A DNA stretch of 63,570 nucleotides, taken from positions 1 through 63,570 of the forward strand of contig JAAYBZ010000165.1 in NCBI GenBank assembly GCA_012744445.1, read 5' to 3'. This DNA comes from Myxococcales bacterium (lineage in GTDB: Bacteria; Myxococcota_A; Polyangia; Polyangiales; Houyiibacteriaceae). Of this stretch, positions 41,275 to 51,483 are shown piece by piece. Made by a program: the position numbers and the translations under genes. The notes beneath the pieces are model-generated. The model was not told where the DNA came from and searched no databases. It saw nothing but the letters and a program-made list of their open reading frames with translations. Positions within the stretch are counted from its first letter, which is position 1, and every line of letters begins with the position of its first letter.

Positions 41275-42648
41275 ATGCCCCTCCTCGCGAGCGAGCGCCG
41301 TGCGATTCGCTCGAGGCGCATGCGCTACGGGGGCATCGGGCTGACGATCGCGCTCGGCGCCGCGATCGGCATGGCGCTGCTCTTCTTGCGGTCCGAGCCC
41401 GAGCCCGAGCTCGCCGTGGTCGCCCCGAGCGACGTCGAGGTCGACGACTTCGCCATGGATGGCGAGGACACCGCCTTCGATCCCGATCCCGTCCCCCCGC
41501 CCGTCGAAGGCGAGGTCCACTTCGAGGAGATCGCGGGCGGCGATTTCGAGGACGACGGCACGCTCCGCGGCCAGTTCGGCAAGGCCAAGAGCTTCCGGCA
41601 GGCCATGCTGGGCGCCGGCCTCTCGCCCAACGAGTCGTCGGAGCTCGAGATCGCCCTGAACGGCGTCCTCGACTTCCGCCGCTGCCGCGAGACCGACACC
41701 TTCGTCGCCCAGCGCGACTCCCACGGCCGGCTCGTCCACTTCGAGTACCACGCGAGCGCCCTCGAGTACGTCGTGGCCGAGCGCGGCGACGACGGGAAGC
41801 TCCGCGCCCGCAAGATCGAGCGCCCCATCGAGCGCCGCCGCCTGGCCGCCGGCGGGATCATCCGCACCTCGCTCGGCGACGCCGTCGAAGAGGCGGGGCT
41901 GCGGCGGGGCATCGTCGGCCTCTTCGTCGAGGCCTTCAACGGCCGGGCCGACTTCCACCGCGACACGCGCGAGGGCGACACCTTCCGCATCATCGTCGAG
42001 GAAGAGCGCCTCGAGGGCGAATTCCGCGGCTACGGCCGGGCTCTGGCGCTCGAGTACCGAGGCCGCAAGACGGGCCTGCTCCGCGCCTTCCTCCGCACCA
42101 CCGACGAGGACGAGTCGGAGTACTACGACGAGAACGGCAACCCGCTGAGCGGCTCGGTCCTCGCCGTCCCCTGCCGCTACGACATGGTCAGCTCGCCGTT
42201 CAATCCGCGGCGCATGCACCCGGTGCTCCGGCGCATCGCCCCGCACAACGGCACCGACTTCGCCGCGCCCACCGGGACGCCCGTGGTGGCCGCCGCCGAC
42301 GGCGTGGTGACGTGGTCGGGTCCCAAGGGCCCCAACGGGAACCTCGTCTCGATCCGCCACAACAACGGCTACGTCACGCACTACGCGCATCTCCATCGCA
42401 TCGAGCGCGGCATCAAGGTGGGCGTGACCGTGAAGCGGCGTCAGCGCATCGGGCAGGTGGGCACGACCGGCCGCTCCACCGGCCCGCACCTCCACTTCGG
42501 CGTACAGAAGAACGGGGCCTTCGTCGACCCGATGAAGGTGCTCAACGAGCCCGGCCCGCGCCTCCGGGGCAAGGCCCTGAGCGACTACCAGGCGCACGTC
42601 CGCAAGCTCGTCCGGCAGCTCGAGGGCATCCCGCTCACCAAACGATGA
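41275..42648 (+). CDS. M23-family metallopeptidase (Csd3/OapA-like N-domain)
   Basis: The signal-anchor is RSRRMRYGGIGLTIALGAAIGMALLFL. M23 motifs are HNGTDFAAPTGTPVVAAADG, HYAHL and GTTGRSTGPHLHFGV. The start is uncertain (ATG 41206, 41275 or 41320); GC3 favours 41275. Confidence 0.85.
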   Translation: MPLLASERRAIRSRRMRYGGIGLTIALGAAIGMALLFLRSEPEPELAVVAPSDVEVDDFAMDGEDTAFDPDPVPPPVEGEVHFEEIAGGDFEDDGTLRGQFGKAKSFRQAMLGAGLSPNESSELEIALNGVLDFRRCRETDTFVAQRDSHGRLVHFEYHASALEYVVAERGDDGKLRARKIERPIERRRLAAGGIIRTSLGDAVEEAGLRRGIVGLFVEAFNGRADFHRDTREGDTFRIIVEEERLEGEFRGYGRALALEYRGRKTGLLRAFLRTTDEDESEYYDENGNPLSGSVLAVPCRYDMVSSPFNPRRMHPVLRRIAPHNGTDFAAPTGTPVVAAADGVVTWSGPKGPNGNLVSIRHNNGYVTHYAHLHRIERGIKVGVTVKRRQRIGQVGTTGRSTGPHLHFGVQKNGAFVDPMKVLNEPGPRLRGKALSDYQAHVRKLVRQLEGIPLTKR

Positions 42649-42699
42649 GCGACGCCGCGCGCTGGACGAAGCACCGCCGCGCCTTCTAGGCTCCGCGCC

Positions 42700-44988
42700 A
42701 TGAACGACGACTCGGTCCGTCGCTTGGCTCTCCCGGCGGTCGCCTTCGCGCTCGCCGCCGCCGTGACGATCCTCGGCGCGACGAGCGCTGGCCTCTGGGA
42801 TCCCCTCGAGCTCGATCGCCTCGAGATCCCCGGCGCCGCGGAGCCGCCGCTCGGGCCGACGCTCGTCGACGCCGCGCAGCGCGGGCTCGGCGCGCTCCAC
42901 GCCGCCGGGCGCCTGCCCATCGCGCTCTTCGGGCTCCTCACGGCCGCGCTCACCTACGCGCTCGCGCGCCTCGCGACCGACGCCCGCGGCGCGAGCTACG
43001 CCGTGCTCCTCCTCGTCGGCACGCCGATCCTCGTCCTGAACAGCCGCCTCCTCCTCGGCGAGTCGATCGTCCTCCTCGCCCAGGCCACCGTGGCCTACGG
43101 CGCGTTCTCGCTCGTCGCGCTCGAGCGCGGCCAGAAGGAGCGCGCGCGGATCGCGCTCGGCGCGCTCGCCCTCGGGGCGATCCTCGCCGCGTGGGGATCG
43201 GGCTTCCTGCTCGGTCTCCTGCCCGGCGTGCTCGCCGCCGCCACCGTCGCGTGGATCGGCCGCGACGAAGCCAACCGCCGCGCGCGGATCGGCCTCACCG
43301 CGGCGGCCGCCCTCCTCGTGGGCCTCGTCGGGCTCGACATCGTCCGCGACGCGGCCGAATACCGCATGACCCTCGGCGGCGCCCCCCGTGGCGATCAGCC
43401 CTCCGCCTTCCACCACTTCCTCGAGGTGGCCTTCCACGGGCTCGGCCCCCTCGCCGCCCTCGGGCCGCTCGGCGCCACGTGGTTCTTCCTCGAGCGACGG
43501 GCGAGCCGCGCCGAGCTCCTCGCCCGCTTCGCCATGCTCTGGGCGGCGTTCTCCTACGGCGCGAGCGTGGTCTTCGAGGCGCGCTACGGCGTGACCACCT
43601 TCGCCGCGGCGCCCGCGCTCGCCGTCCTCGTCGCCCTCGTGCTCCGCGCCCGCGACGACCTCCCCGACGGAAGCCGGCTCGCCGCGATCGTCGTCGCGCT
43701 CTTCGTGGGCCTCCTCGCGCGCGACGCCCTGCTCTTCCCCGCCTCGGCCTTCGACGCGCTCCCCGTGCGGGAGCTCGCGATCCCCGAGGACGTCGATCTC
43801 CGGCGCTACCACGTCCTCGCCGCGCTCCTCTTCCTCGCCGTCGCCCTGCCCGTGCTCACGGTGCACCTCGACGACGAGCCGCGCTCGCTTTCCGCACCCT
43901 ACCGCGCCCTCGCCGCGCACTGGGCGCAGTCGAAGAAGGCCAAGGCGAAGATGCTCGCCGCCGCGGCCCTCTTCGTGGTGCTCTCGGTGCTCGGCCTCCT
44001 CGGCCTCGTCGCGCCCGACGCCCTCCCGATCCGCAGCATCGTCCTCCGCGGCGCCGGCGTCGGGGCGATCGCCATCGCCGCCCTCCCGATCGTCGTCGCG
44101 CTCTCGCAGCTCGGCTACCGCTTCGCGCGGCGCCTCGGCGATCGACGTCATGGCGCGCTCGCGCTCGCGGCCGCGGCCTACGGCCTCCTCTTCGCCTTCG
44201 GGGCGCTGCCGACTATCTCGCGCGCCTTCTCGCCCCGCGAGGTGTTCACCACGCTCGCCGCGCATCGTGGGGTCGACGAGCCCCTCTACGTCCTCGAAGC
44301 CGCGGAGCGCTCCGTCACGCACTACGCCGAGCCGCCGATCGTCCACGCGAGGACCTCCACCGAGGTCGGCCGCGCGCTCGCGAGCGAAGGTCGCGTCTGG
44401 GCGATCTTCCCCAAGGCCAAGCTCGCCGAGGTGAACCGCGTCTACCGCGGCTCACGCCGCGATCACCTCGTCGTGATCGACGACGACAACCCGCTCGCGC
44501 TGCTCGTCACCAACGGCGCGGTCGCGGGCGCCGAGGATCGCAACCCGCTCCGCCCCTTCGTCTCCAAGGAGCCCCCCGAGGTCGCGCACCGCGTCGACGC
44601 CAAGCTCCGCGGCGGCTACGAGCTCGTCGGCTGGGAGATCGACGGGAACCCCGCGGTCATCCGACCCGGCGAGCGCTTCACGCTCCGCCTCGTGTGGCGC
44701 GCGACGCAGCGGAGCGGCCGCAAATACGAGGTCTTCGTCCACCTCGACGGCCCCGGCGGTCGCGCGCACGGCGATCACGAGCCCGTGCACGGCCTCTATC
44801 CCACGCAGTTCTGGGACACCGGCGACGTCGTCGTCGACGAGGTCTCGATGCGCGTCCCCGCGCACTACGCGCCCGGCACCTACACCTTCTACGTGGGCCT
44901 CTATCAAGGGAGCCAACGCGCCGAGGTCCTCCAAGGAAATAAGGATTCGGACAACCGTATCGTTGCAGGCAAGGTCGAGGTGCGATAG
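42700..44988 (+). CDS. polytopic GT-C-like (ArnT/PMT-type) membrane protein with C-terminal beta-rich periplasmic module
   Basis: 762 aa with more than 10 hydrophobic helices. There is an acidic first loop (LWDPLELD). The C-terminal ~135-aa soluble module resembles the C-terminus of the 18733..21333 protein. The function is inferred from architecture only. Confidence 0.65.
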   Translation: MNDDSVRRLALPAVAFALAAAVTILGATSAGLWDPLELDRLEIPGAAEPPLGPTLVDAAQRGLGALHAAGRLPIALFGLLTAALTYALARLATDARGASYAVLLLVGTPILVLNSRLLLGESIVLLAQATVAYGAFSLVALERGQKERARIALGALALGAILAAWGSGFLLGLLPGVLAAATVAWIGRDEANRRARIGLTAAAALLVGLVGLDIVRDAAEYRMTLGGAPRGDQPSAFHHFLEVAFHGLGPLAALGPLGATWFFLERRASRAELLARFAMLWAAFSYGASVVFEARYGVTTFAAAPALAVLVALVLRARDDLPDGSRLAAIVVALFVGLLARDALLFPASAFDALPVRELAIPEDVDLRRYHVLAALLFLAVALPVLTVHLDDEPRSLSAPYRALAAHWAQSKKAKAKMLAAAALFVVLSVLGLLGLVAPDALPIRSIVLRGAGVGAIAIAALPIVVALSQLGYRFARRLGDRRHGALALAAAAYGLLFAFGALPTISRAFSPREVFTTLAAHRGVDEPLYVLEAAERSVTHYAEPPIVHARTSTEVGRALASEGRVWAIFPKAKLAEVNRVYRGSRRDHLVVIDDDNPLALLVTNGAVAGAEDRNPLRPFVSKEPPEVAHRVDAKLRGGYELVGWEIDGNPAVIRPGERFTLRLVWRATQRSGRKYEVFVHLDGPGGRAHGDHEPVHGLYPTQFWDTGDVVVDEVSMRVPAHYAPGTYTFYVGLYQGSQRAEVLQGNKDSDNRIVAGKVEVR

Positions 44989-45000
44989 TCGGGGAGAGGA

Positions 45001-45363
45001 ATGACCGAACCGCCGCCCATCGATCGACGCGCCGTCCCGCGCCACCGCGTGGAAGAGCTCTCGATCGACTACAACGACGGAGAGACCTTCCTCTTCTCGT
45101 ACATCGACGACATCAGCGAGATGGGGATCTTCATCCGCTCGTCGGATCCCTTCCCCATTGGCACGCGGCTCTCGCTGCGCTTCGGCGAGAACCCGCTCGA
45201 GCTCGAGGGCGAGGTCGTGTGGGTCAACCAGATCCGCATCGGCAGCGACAACCGCAACCCCGGCATGGGCGTGCGGTTCTGCGATCTCGACGCGGACAAA
45301 CGGGAGGCCGTGGTGGAGATCGTCCGCACCGTGGCCTACCTCGGATCGCAGACGACCAACTAG
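45001..45363 (+). CDS. PilZ-domain protein
   Basis: The RBS GGGGAGAGGA precedes the ATG. The c-di-GMP motifs are RRAVPRHR (RxxxR) and DISEMGIFI (D/NxSxxG). Confidence 0.85.
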   Translation: MTEPPPIDRRAVPRHRVEELSIDYNDGETFLFSYIDDISEMGIFIRSSDPFPIGTRLSLRFGENPLELEGEVVWVNQIRIGSDNRNPGMGVRFCDLDADKREAVVEIVRTVAYLGSQTTN

Positions 45364-45761
45364 TTCCGCATCGACGGCGCGCGGCGACGGGGCAGCCGCG
45401 GCGGCAGCCCCTCGAGCAGGTACTCGAGGATCTCACGCGTCGTCGCGCTCATCTCGGTGAACGCGATGCCCATCCCGCTCCGGCCCGCGTCCCCACGGCG
45501 CCGCGGGAGCGAGACGCGCTGCACGCGCCCGGAGAGCTCGAAGGGGAGCGAGATCGACGGCGCGAGGAACCGGACCTCCACCTCGTCGCCCACCTCGAGG
45601 GGGAGCGGGCACTCGACGAAGACGCCCGAGCCGGAGAGATCGGACGAGACGAGCGTGAGCTTTCCGTCCCAATACGACGAGCTCAGCTCCACGGGGATCT
45701 CCACGCCGCGGCGAAGTGAGCCGCGCGCCTGCTTCGGCATCTCGAGGGGACGTGCTTCCAT
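45360..45761 (-). CDS. PilZ-domain protein
   Basis: LRRGVEIPV (RxxxR-like) and DLSGSGVFV (DxSxxG). It is convergent with the other PilZ gene, and the two stops share CTAG (45360-45363). Confidence 0.8.
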   Translation of the reverse strand: MEARPLEMPKQARGSLRRGVEIPVELSSSYWDGKLTLVSSDLSGSGVFVECPLPLEVGDEVEVRFLAPSISLPFELSGRVQRVSLPRRRGDAGRSGMGIAFTEMSATTREILEYLLEGLPPRLPRRRAPSMRN

Positions 45762-45805
45762 CGTGCTCTCCTTTGGATGAAGGAAAGCTACGACACTGTC
45801 CTACA

Positions 45806-46684
45806 TCACCTCAAGAAAACCGCGTGCTCGGGCTCGAGGGTGGGCTTCCCGTCGACGAAGCGCCCCGGCGTCGCACGGACCTCGCGCCCGTCGACGTCGA
45901 AGATCCAGAAGCCCTCGCGCCGCTGCATCGTCGAGCTCCCCGCGCAGAAGAACCAGAGATCGGAGTGCGGGACGCGGACGTGGTAGCGCCGGTGGACGTG
46001 GCCGTGGAGGAAGATCGCCTCCCCGAAGGGGCGGAGCGCCTCGACGAGCGCCTCGGCGTTCTCGAGGCCGTGCCGCGCGTGATCGGGCCCGCCGTCTTCG
46101 ACGAAGGGGGCGTAGTGCGTCGCGAGGAAGACGCGGCGATCGCCGAGCACGCCGGAGCGGCCGAGCGCGTGGAGCGCCTCGAGCTGCGCCTCCGGCACCC
46201 GCCCGCTCGAGAGCCAGAACTCGGGGTTGGGACGCGCCGACTCGAAGGTCACGATCGCGATCGTCTCGCCGACGAAGCGCACGCGCGGGAAGGCGCGGCC
46301 GCCGAGATCGTCGTGGAGCGCGTCGGCGAAGGTGGCCTCGAAGCGCTCGAGGCCGCCGTCGCGCACGTAGAGATCGTGGTTGCCGGGCAGGCAGACCGCG
46401 CCGAGCGGCCGATCGAAGAGCGGGCGCACCACCTCCTTGGCGATCTCGAGCTCGCGCGCCGTGCCGAGCGCGGTGAAATCACCCGTCGCGATGACGAGGT
46501 CCACGTCCCACGCGGAGGCGGCCTTGGCGAGCGCCGCGACCTTGGGCTTGGCGTCGCGCCAGAGCCGCCGCCGCTTGAGCCAGAGGCTCATGAGCCCCAC
46601 GAGGCGCTTGTTGAGGAGCTCGCCCGCGGGAACCTCGGAGAAGCCTTCCTCGATGTGCAGATCGCTGACGTGGAGGATGCGCAC
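45806..46684 (-). CDS. calcineurin-like metallophosphoesterase (Icc/CpdA-like motif set)
   Basis: ILHVSDLH, ATGDFT, LPGNHDLY and LHGHVHRRY. GTG 46684 is preferred. The alternative GTG 46741 would overlap the argC stop. Confidence 0.85.
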   Translation of the reverse strand: MRILHVSDLHIEEGFSEVPAGELLNKRLVGLMSLWLKRRRLWRDAKPKVAALAKAASAWDVDLVIATGDFTALGTARELEIAKEVVRPLFDRPLGAVCLPGNHDLYVRDGGLERFEATFADALHDDLGGRAFPRVRFVGETIAIVTFESARPNPEFWLSSGRVPEAQLEALHALGRSGVLGDRRVFLATHYAPFVEDGGPDHARHGLENAEALVEALRPFGEAIFLHGHVHRRYHVRVPHSDLWFFCAGSSTMQRREGFWIFDVDGREVRATPGRFVDGKPTLEPEHAVFLR

Positions 46685-46731
46685 CGGCGCGAGCTTAGCA
46701 GAGGGGTCGATCGCCCCCGCGTCCCCTTGGC

Positions 46732-47775
46732 TCAGGGCCACTGGGGCGCGCCCCGGAGCCCCGCGCCCTCGTCGAGGCCGAAGCGGACGTTGAGGCACTG
46801 GACCGCCTGCCCGGACGCGCCCTTCACGAGGTTGTCGATCGCCGAGAGCGCGATGATGCGGCCCGTCCGCGGATCGTGCGCGTAGGCGATCTGCACGCGG
46901 TTGGATCCGCGCACCCAGAGCGTGTCGGGGGCGACGCCCGGATCGCGCACCACGACCGAGGGCGAGCCCTGATAGAGCGCGCGCGCCGCCTCGGTGCACT
47001 CGGCCGCCGTCACGCCGGGCTTGGCCACCATGTAGCTCGTGGAGAGGATGCCGCGCGTATACGGCACGAGGTGCGGCGTGAAGACGAGCTTCACCTCACG
47101 CCCCGCGGCCACCGAGAGCTCCTGCTCGATCTCCGGCGTGTGGCGGTGGCTCGCGACCTTGTAGGCGCGGATGCCCTCGGCCGTCTCGGGGAAGTGCGTG
47201 GAGGGGAGCGGCGAACGACCGGCCCCGCTCACGCCGCTCTTGGAGTCGACGACGATCCCGTCGGCCTCGACGAGGCCGCTCCTGAGCAGGGGCGCGATCG
47301 CGAGGATCGCCGAGGTGGGGTAGCAGCCGGGCACGGCGACGAGATCGGCCGTGCGCAGCGCCTCGCGGTAGAGCTCGACGAGGCCGTAGACGGCCTTGCC
47401 GAACCGTCCCGAGGGCTTGGCCTTGTACCAGGCCTCGAAGACGGCCGGATCGCGCAGGCGGAAGTCGGCGCTGAGATCGAAGACCTTGAGGCCGCGATCG
47501 CAGAGCTCCTCCACGATGGGCGCGCTCGCCCCGTGCGGCAGCGCGCAGAAGGCCGCGTCGGAGCGCTCGGCCACGCTCGCCGCGTCGAACGCCTCGACCT
47601 CGCCGTCGAGGATGCCGGCAAAGCTCGGCAGGACGTCGGAGACACGCTGGCCCGCCTTGCTCTGGCCCACGATCGCCGCGAGCTCGAGGTCGGGGTGACC
47701 CAGCACGAGACGCAAGAGCTCGGCGCCCGTGTAGCCCGTCGCGCCCACGATGGAGACCCGGATCTTCTTCGTCAT
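46732..47775 (-). CDS. argC: N-acetyl-gamma-glutamyl-phosphate reductase
   Basis: IRVSIVGATGYTGAELLRL, VAVPGCYPTSAILAIAPL (catalytic Cys) and DNLVKGASGQAVQCLN. Confidence 0.95.
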   Translation of the reverse strand: MTKKIRVSIVGATGYTGAELLRLVLGHPDLELAAIVGQSKAGQRVSDVLPSFAGILDGEVEAFDAASVAERSDAAFCALPHGASAPIVEELCDRGLKVFDLSADFRLRDPAVFEAWYKAKPSGRFGKAVYGLVELYREALRTADLVAVPGCYPTSAILAIAPLLRSGLVEADGIVVDSKSGVSGAGRSPLPSTHFPETAEGIRAYKVASHRHTPEIEQELSVAAGREVKLVFTPHLVPYTRGILSTSYMVAKPGVTAAECTEAARALYQGSPSVVVRDPGVAPDTLWVRGSNRVQIAYAHDPRTGRIIALSAIDNLVKGASGQAVQCLNVRFGLDEGAGLRGAPQWP

Positions 47776-47810
47776 CTGCCGTCCTCGGGGGTGCTCCCCG
47801 CGAGCACCCG

Positions 47811-47841
47811 GAAAAGAAAAAGGCCGCGGGGGACCGCGACC
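47811..47841 (-). terminator. Rho-independent terminator after rpsI
   Basis: The minus strand reads GGTCGCGG-tccc-CCGCGGCC (8-bp stem with one G:U pair, 47822-47841), followed by TTTTTCTTTTC. Confidence 0.65.
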
Positions 47842-47885
47842 TTCGAGGGGGCTCGCGGAGTCCGCGTCCCGAACGTGCCGAAGTC

Positions 47886-48293
47886 TCAGCGCTTGGAGAA
47901 CTGGAACTTCTTGCGCGCGCCCGGCTGACCCGGCTTCTTACGCTCCTTCTTGCGAGCGTCGCGGGTGAGGAGCCCCTGCTTCTTGAGCGCGGGCTTGAGC
48001 GCCTCGTCCATGCCCACGAGGGCACGCGAGATGCCGTGACGCACGGCCTCGGCCTGCGCGGCGACGCCGCCACCGGCGACGTTCACCTCGACGTCGAACT
48101 GCCCGACCTTGGAGACGGTCTCGAAGGGCTGGGCGATGATCATGCGGAGAACCGGGTTCGGGAAGTAATCCTCGAACGCACGACCGTTGACGGTGGTCGT
48201 GCCCGAGCCCGGGCTGAGGAAGACGCGCGCGACGGCGGTCTTACGCTTTCCAGTACCGTAGTAGCGGCCGTCGATGACCTTGGAGTGCGGCAT
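47886..48293 (-). CDS. rpsI: 30S ribosomal protein S9
   Basis: [16 protein letters not shown]...[19 protein letters not shown]...[27 protein letters not shown]. Confidence 0.97.
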   Translation of the reverse strand: MPHSKVIDGRYYGTGKRKTAVARVFLSPGSGTTTVNGRAFEDYFPNPVLRMIIAQPFETVSKVGQFDVEVNVAGGGVAAQAEAVRHGISRALVGMDEALKPALKKQGLLTRDARKKERKKPGQPGARKKFQFSKR

Positions 48294-48304
48294 GTCAGTT
48301 CAAC

Positions 48305-48736
48305 TCAGAAAGAAAGGGGCTCGGGCTTTTGGGCCGTGTGCGGGTGGGACGCGCCGGCGTAGACCTTGAGCTTCTTGCCCATGGCGCGACCGAGCGAGTT
48401 CTTGGGGAGCATGCCGCGGACGGCACGCTCGATGAGCACGGTGGGCCGGCGGGCGAGGAGGTCGCCGGCGGCCTCGGCGCGAAGACCACCGGGATAGCCC
48501 GAGTGGTTGTAGTACATCTTGTCGCGCGTCTTGTTGCCCGTCAGGCCCACCTTCTCGGCGTTGACGACGATGACGAAATCACCGGTGTCCACGTGCGGGG
48601 TGTACTCGGGACGGTGCTTGCCCCGGAGGATCTTCGCGACCTCGGAGGCCAAACGGCCGAGAGATTGGTTCGAGGCGTCGACGACGAACCAGCGTCGCTC
48701 GATCTCGTTTGCTTTTGCGCTCTTGGTGGTGCCCAT
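48305..48736 (-). CDS. rplM: 50S ribosomal protein L13
   Basis: The internal ATG at 48736 gives [62 protein letters not shown]..., the canonical L13 sequence. The upstream 37 codons of the ORF are leader. Confidence 0.95.
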   Translation of the reverse strand: MGTTKSAKANEIERRWFVVDASNQSLGRLASEVAKILRGKHRPEYTPHVDTGDFVIVVNAEKVGLTGNKTRDKMYYNHSGYPGGLRAEAAGDLLARRPTVLIERAVRGMLPKNSLGRAMGKKLKVYAGASHPHTAQKPEPLSF

Positions 48737-48787
48737 CGGAGACTCTGCAGGCGAAACGTAGCCTTGGCCCCAGGCCAAGGGGCGGGT

Positions 48788-48816
48788 GAGATACCCGCTG
48801 GGCCCCCGGGTGTCAA
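48788..48816 (-). promoter_or_regulatory. putative sigma70-type promoter TTGACA-N17-TATCTC for rplM-rpsI
   Basis: Minus-strand TTGACA at 48816-48811 and TATCTC at 48793-48788. An 8-bp hairpin CCTTGGCC-N3-GGCCAAGG (48762-48780) sits at the predicted 5' end of the leader. Confidence 0.4.
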
Positions 48817-48900
48817 GGAAACCCAGCCCAGGATAGCCCCGAATCATGCGTTCGGCTGGACGTATGCCTCCCCTCCGCTCTAGTTTCCCCGCACTTCGCG

Positions 48901-51483
48901 ATGCAACCCGCCGAATCCCAAGAGATCGCCATCAGCCCCCACCAGCCCAATCGCGTGCTCGCGTGGCTGTACAAGCGCCTCTTCTCGCACATCGGAGTCG
49001 ACGCCTCGTGGAGTGATCAGGTCCAAGCCGCCGCCGAACGGGGGGTGGTCGTCCACGTGATGCGGACGATCTCCATCCTCGATTTCCTCTGCCTCGACTT
49101 CCTCCTCCGCAAATTCGGGCTGCCGCTCGTCCATTTCGTCAACGATCTGGGCCTCGGCATCCTCGAGCCCTTCGGCAAGGGCGGCCGGCGGCTCCGTTTC
49201 CGGCGCCAGATCCCCGAGAACGAGGCGATCCGCACCGCCGTCGAGACCGGCCACAGCGCCCTCCTCTTCCTCCGGCGCCGGCCGCGTTTCGGCGAGACGG
49301 GCCGGGAGAAGACCAAGCCGCCCTCCGATCTCATCCGCGAGCTCATCGCCCTCCAGCGCACGCTCGATCGGCCGATCCTCCTCGTCCCCAACGTCTTCAT
49401 CTGGACGGAGGCCCCGCCCAACGCCAAGCGCGGCCTCGCCGATCTCTTCTTCGGGCCGGTGGAGTGGCCGGGGCGCATCCGGCGCTTCTTCCAGTTCGTC
49501 TTCAACTACCAGAACGCCCAGATCCGCACCGGGCAGCCCTTCGATCTCCAGCGCTTCGTCCGCGATCACGAGGAGAAGAGCGACGCCGAGATCGCCGATC
49601 GCGTGGCCTTCGCCCTGCTCCGCCGTATCGAGCGCGAGCGCGCGATCGTCATCGGGCCCACCAAGAAGACCCCCGGCCGCGTCAAGGAGGAGCTCCTCCG
49701 CAGCCCGCGCGTGCGCAAGCACATCGAGGCCGAGGCCCGGGCCTCGGGCCGCTCCATCGCCAAGGTCGAGCGCCAGGCCGCCAAGATCATCGACAAGCTC
49801 GCCGCGCGGCAGACGCCCTTCGTCCTCCGGATGCTCGCCTCGTTCCTCACCTGGTTCTGGAACCGCATCTACGACGGCATCGTCATCGACCAGCAGGGGC
49901 TCGAGCGCATCCGCGAGGCCGCGCGCGAGGGCGCCGTCATCTACCTGCCGAGCCACAAGAGCCACATCGACTACCTCGTGCTCTCGTACGTGCTCTACAA
50001 GAACTCGCTCCTGCCGCCCCTCATCGCGGCGGGCGAGAACTTGAGCTTCTTCCCGGCCGGCCCCATCCTCCGCCGCGGCGGCGCCTTCTTCATCCGCCGC
50101 AGCTTCAAGGGGCAGAAGCTCTACGCGGCCCTCGTCGACGCGTACATGCGCAAGCTCCTCGTCGAGGGCTACGGCGTCGAGTTCTTCCTCGAGGGCGGGC
50201 GCTCGCGCTCGGGCAAGCTCCTCCCGCCCAAATTCGGCCTGCTCTCCATGGTGGTCGACGCCGCGCTCATGCTCCGCGGCAAGAAGGTGAGCTTCGTGCC
50301 CATCAGCATCGGCTACGAGCGCATCATCGAGGAGCAGTCCTACGTGCGCGAGCTCTCCGGCGAGGAGAAGCAGAAGGAGAACGTCGGCGGCCTCCTCAAG
50401 TCCACCACGATCCTCCGCTCGCGCTACGGCCGCCTCTACGTGCAATTCGGCGAGGTGCTCAGCTTCGACGAGCTCGTGCAGGAGGCGCGCCTCGAGCACG
50501 GCCTCGATCGCCACGGCACCGACAAGCTCTCCCCCGCCGCGCGGCGCACGCTCGTGCAGCGCATCGCGCACCGCGTGACCTACGAGATCAACGCCGTCAC
50601 CGTCGTCACGCCGGCCGCGCTCGTCGCCTCCGCCCTCTTCGCGCATCGCCGGCGCGGCATGCGTCGCTCCGATCTCGAGGCGATGTGCGTCCGCCTCCTC
50701 GGCAAGCTCGAGCGCGAGGGCGCGCGCATCGCCACCACGATCTCGGACGCGCCCGGCACCGTCCGCAAGGAGATGATCGACGAGGCGCTCGAGCTCTTCC
50801 TCGACGCCAAGCTCATCCAGCGTCACGAGGCCGGCGAGGAGACGATCTACTCCATCCTCGACGAGCGGCGGCTCGCGCTCGACTACTACAAGAACAACCT
50901 CATCCACTTCTTCGTGCCGAGCGCGCTCGTCTCGGCCGCGCTGCTCGTGGGCAACCGCTCGAGCATCTCGGAGCGCACGCTGCGGGCGCGCGTCCAGGAG
51001 CTCAGCCGCGCGTTCAAGTACGAGTTCATGTACCGCGCGGACGCGACCTTCGACGAGATCTTCGACGAGGCGCTCGCGCGGCTCCTCTCCGAGGGCGCCG
51101 TCGAGAAGGTCGGCGATCGCTACTCCGTCGGCCGCGGCCCCGAGGGGGCGATGGTGGAGATCTACGCCGAGATGCTCGGCTCGTACTTCGAGAGCTACCT
51201 CCTCGCGATCCGCGCGTCGGCGCTCCTCCTCGACGAGCCGATGACCAAGAAGGAGTGGTTCAAGCGCGCCCTCCAGCTCGGCCAGCGCATGTACCTCTCC
51301 GGCGAGATCGCGCACCGCGAGGCCCTCTCGCAGCTCAAGCTCGAGCCGGCGCTCAAGAGCCTCCGCGACCACGAGCTCGTCGCCTTCGAGGCCAACGACC
51401 GCCTCGTCCCCGGCCCGGCCGTGCGCTCGCGCGACGACCTCTTCGAGTACGAGGCGAAGCTCACCGCCTTCCTCCGCACCTGA
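48901..51483 (+). CDS. plsB: glycerol-3-phosphate 1-O-acyltransferase (PlsB type)
   Basis: 860 aa. The HX4D acyltransferase motif is [35 protein letters not shown] and PISIGYERI follow, and the length and pattern match the PlsB family. Confidence 0.92.
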   Translation: MQPAESQEIAISPHQPNRVLAWLYKRLFSHIGVDASWSDQVQAAAERGVVVHVMRTISILDFLCLDFLLRKFGLPLVHFVNDLGLGILEPFGKGGRRLRFRRQIPENEAIRTAVETGHSALLFLRRRPRFGETGREKTKPPSDLIRELIALQRTLDRPILLVPNVFIWTEAPPNAKRGLADLFFGPVEWPGRIRRFFQFVFNYQNAQIRTGQPFDLQRFVRDHEEKSDAEIADRVAFALLRRIERERAIVIGPTKKTPGRVKEELLRSPRVRKHIEAEARASGRSIAKVERQAAKIIDKLAARQTPFVLRMLASFLTWFWNRIYDGIVIDQQGLERIREAAREGAVIYLPSHKSHIDYLVLSYVLYKNSLLPPLIAAGENLSFFPAGPILRRGGAFFIRRSFKGQKLYAALVDAYMRKLLVEGYGVEFFLEGGRSRSGKLLPPKFGLLSMVVDAALMLRGKKVSFVPISIGYERIIEEQSYVRELSGEEKQKENVGGLLKSTTILRSRYGRLYVQFGEVLSFDELVQEARLEHGLDRHGTDKLSPAARRTLVQRIAHRVTYEINAVTVVTPAALVASALFAHRRRGMRRSDLEAMCVRLLGKLEREGARIATTISDAPGTVRKEMIDEALELFLDAKLIQRHEAGEETIYSILDERRLALDYYKNNLIHFFVPSALVSAALLVGNRSSISERTLRARVQELSRAFKYEFMYRADATFDEIFDEALARLLSEGAVEKVGDRYSVGRGPEGAMVEIYAEMLGSYFESYLLAIRASALLLDEPMTKKEWFKRALQLGQRMYLSGEIAHREALSQLKLEPALKSLRDHELVAFEANDRLVPGPAVRSRDDLFEYEAKLTAFLRT

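Noticed and set aside
45159-45175. A sigma-54 -24-like element TGGCACG.
   Set aside because: The sequence at the -12 position is TCTC, not TTGC, and the site lies inside the PilZ coding sequence. No convincing TGGCAC-N5-TTGC was seen in any intergenic region.
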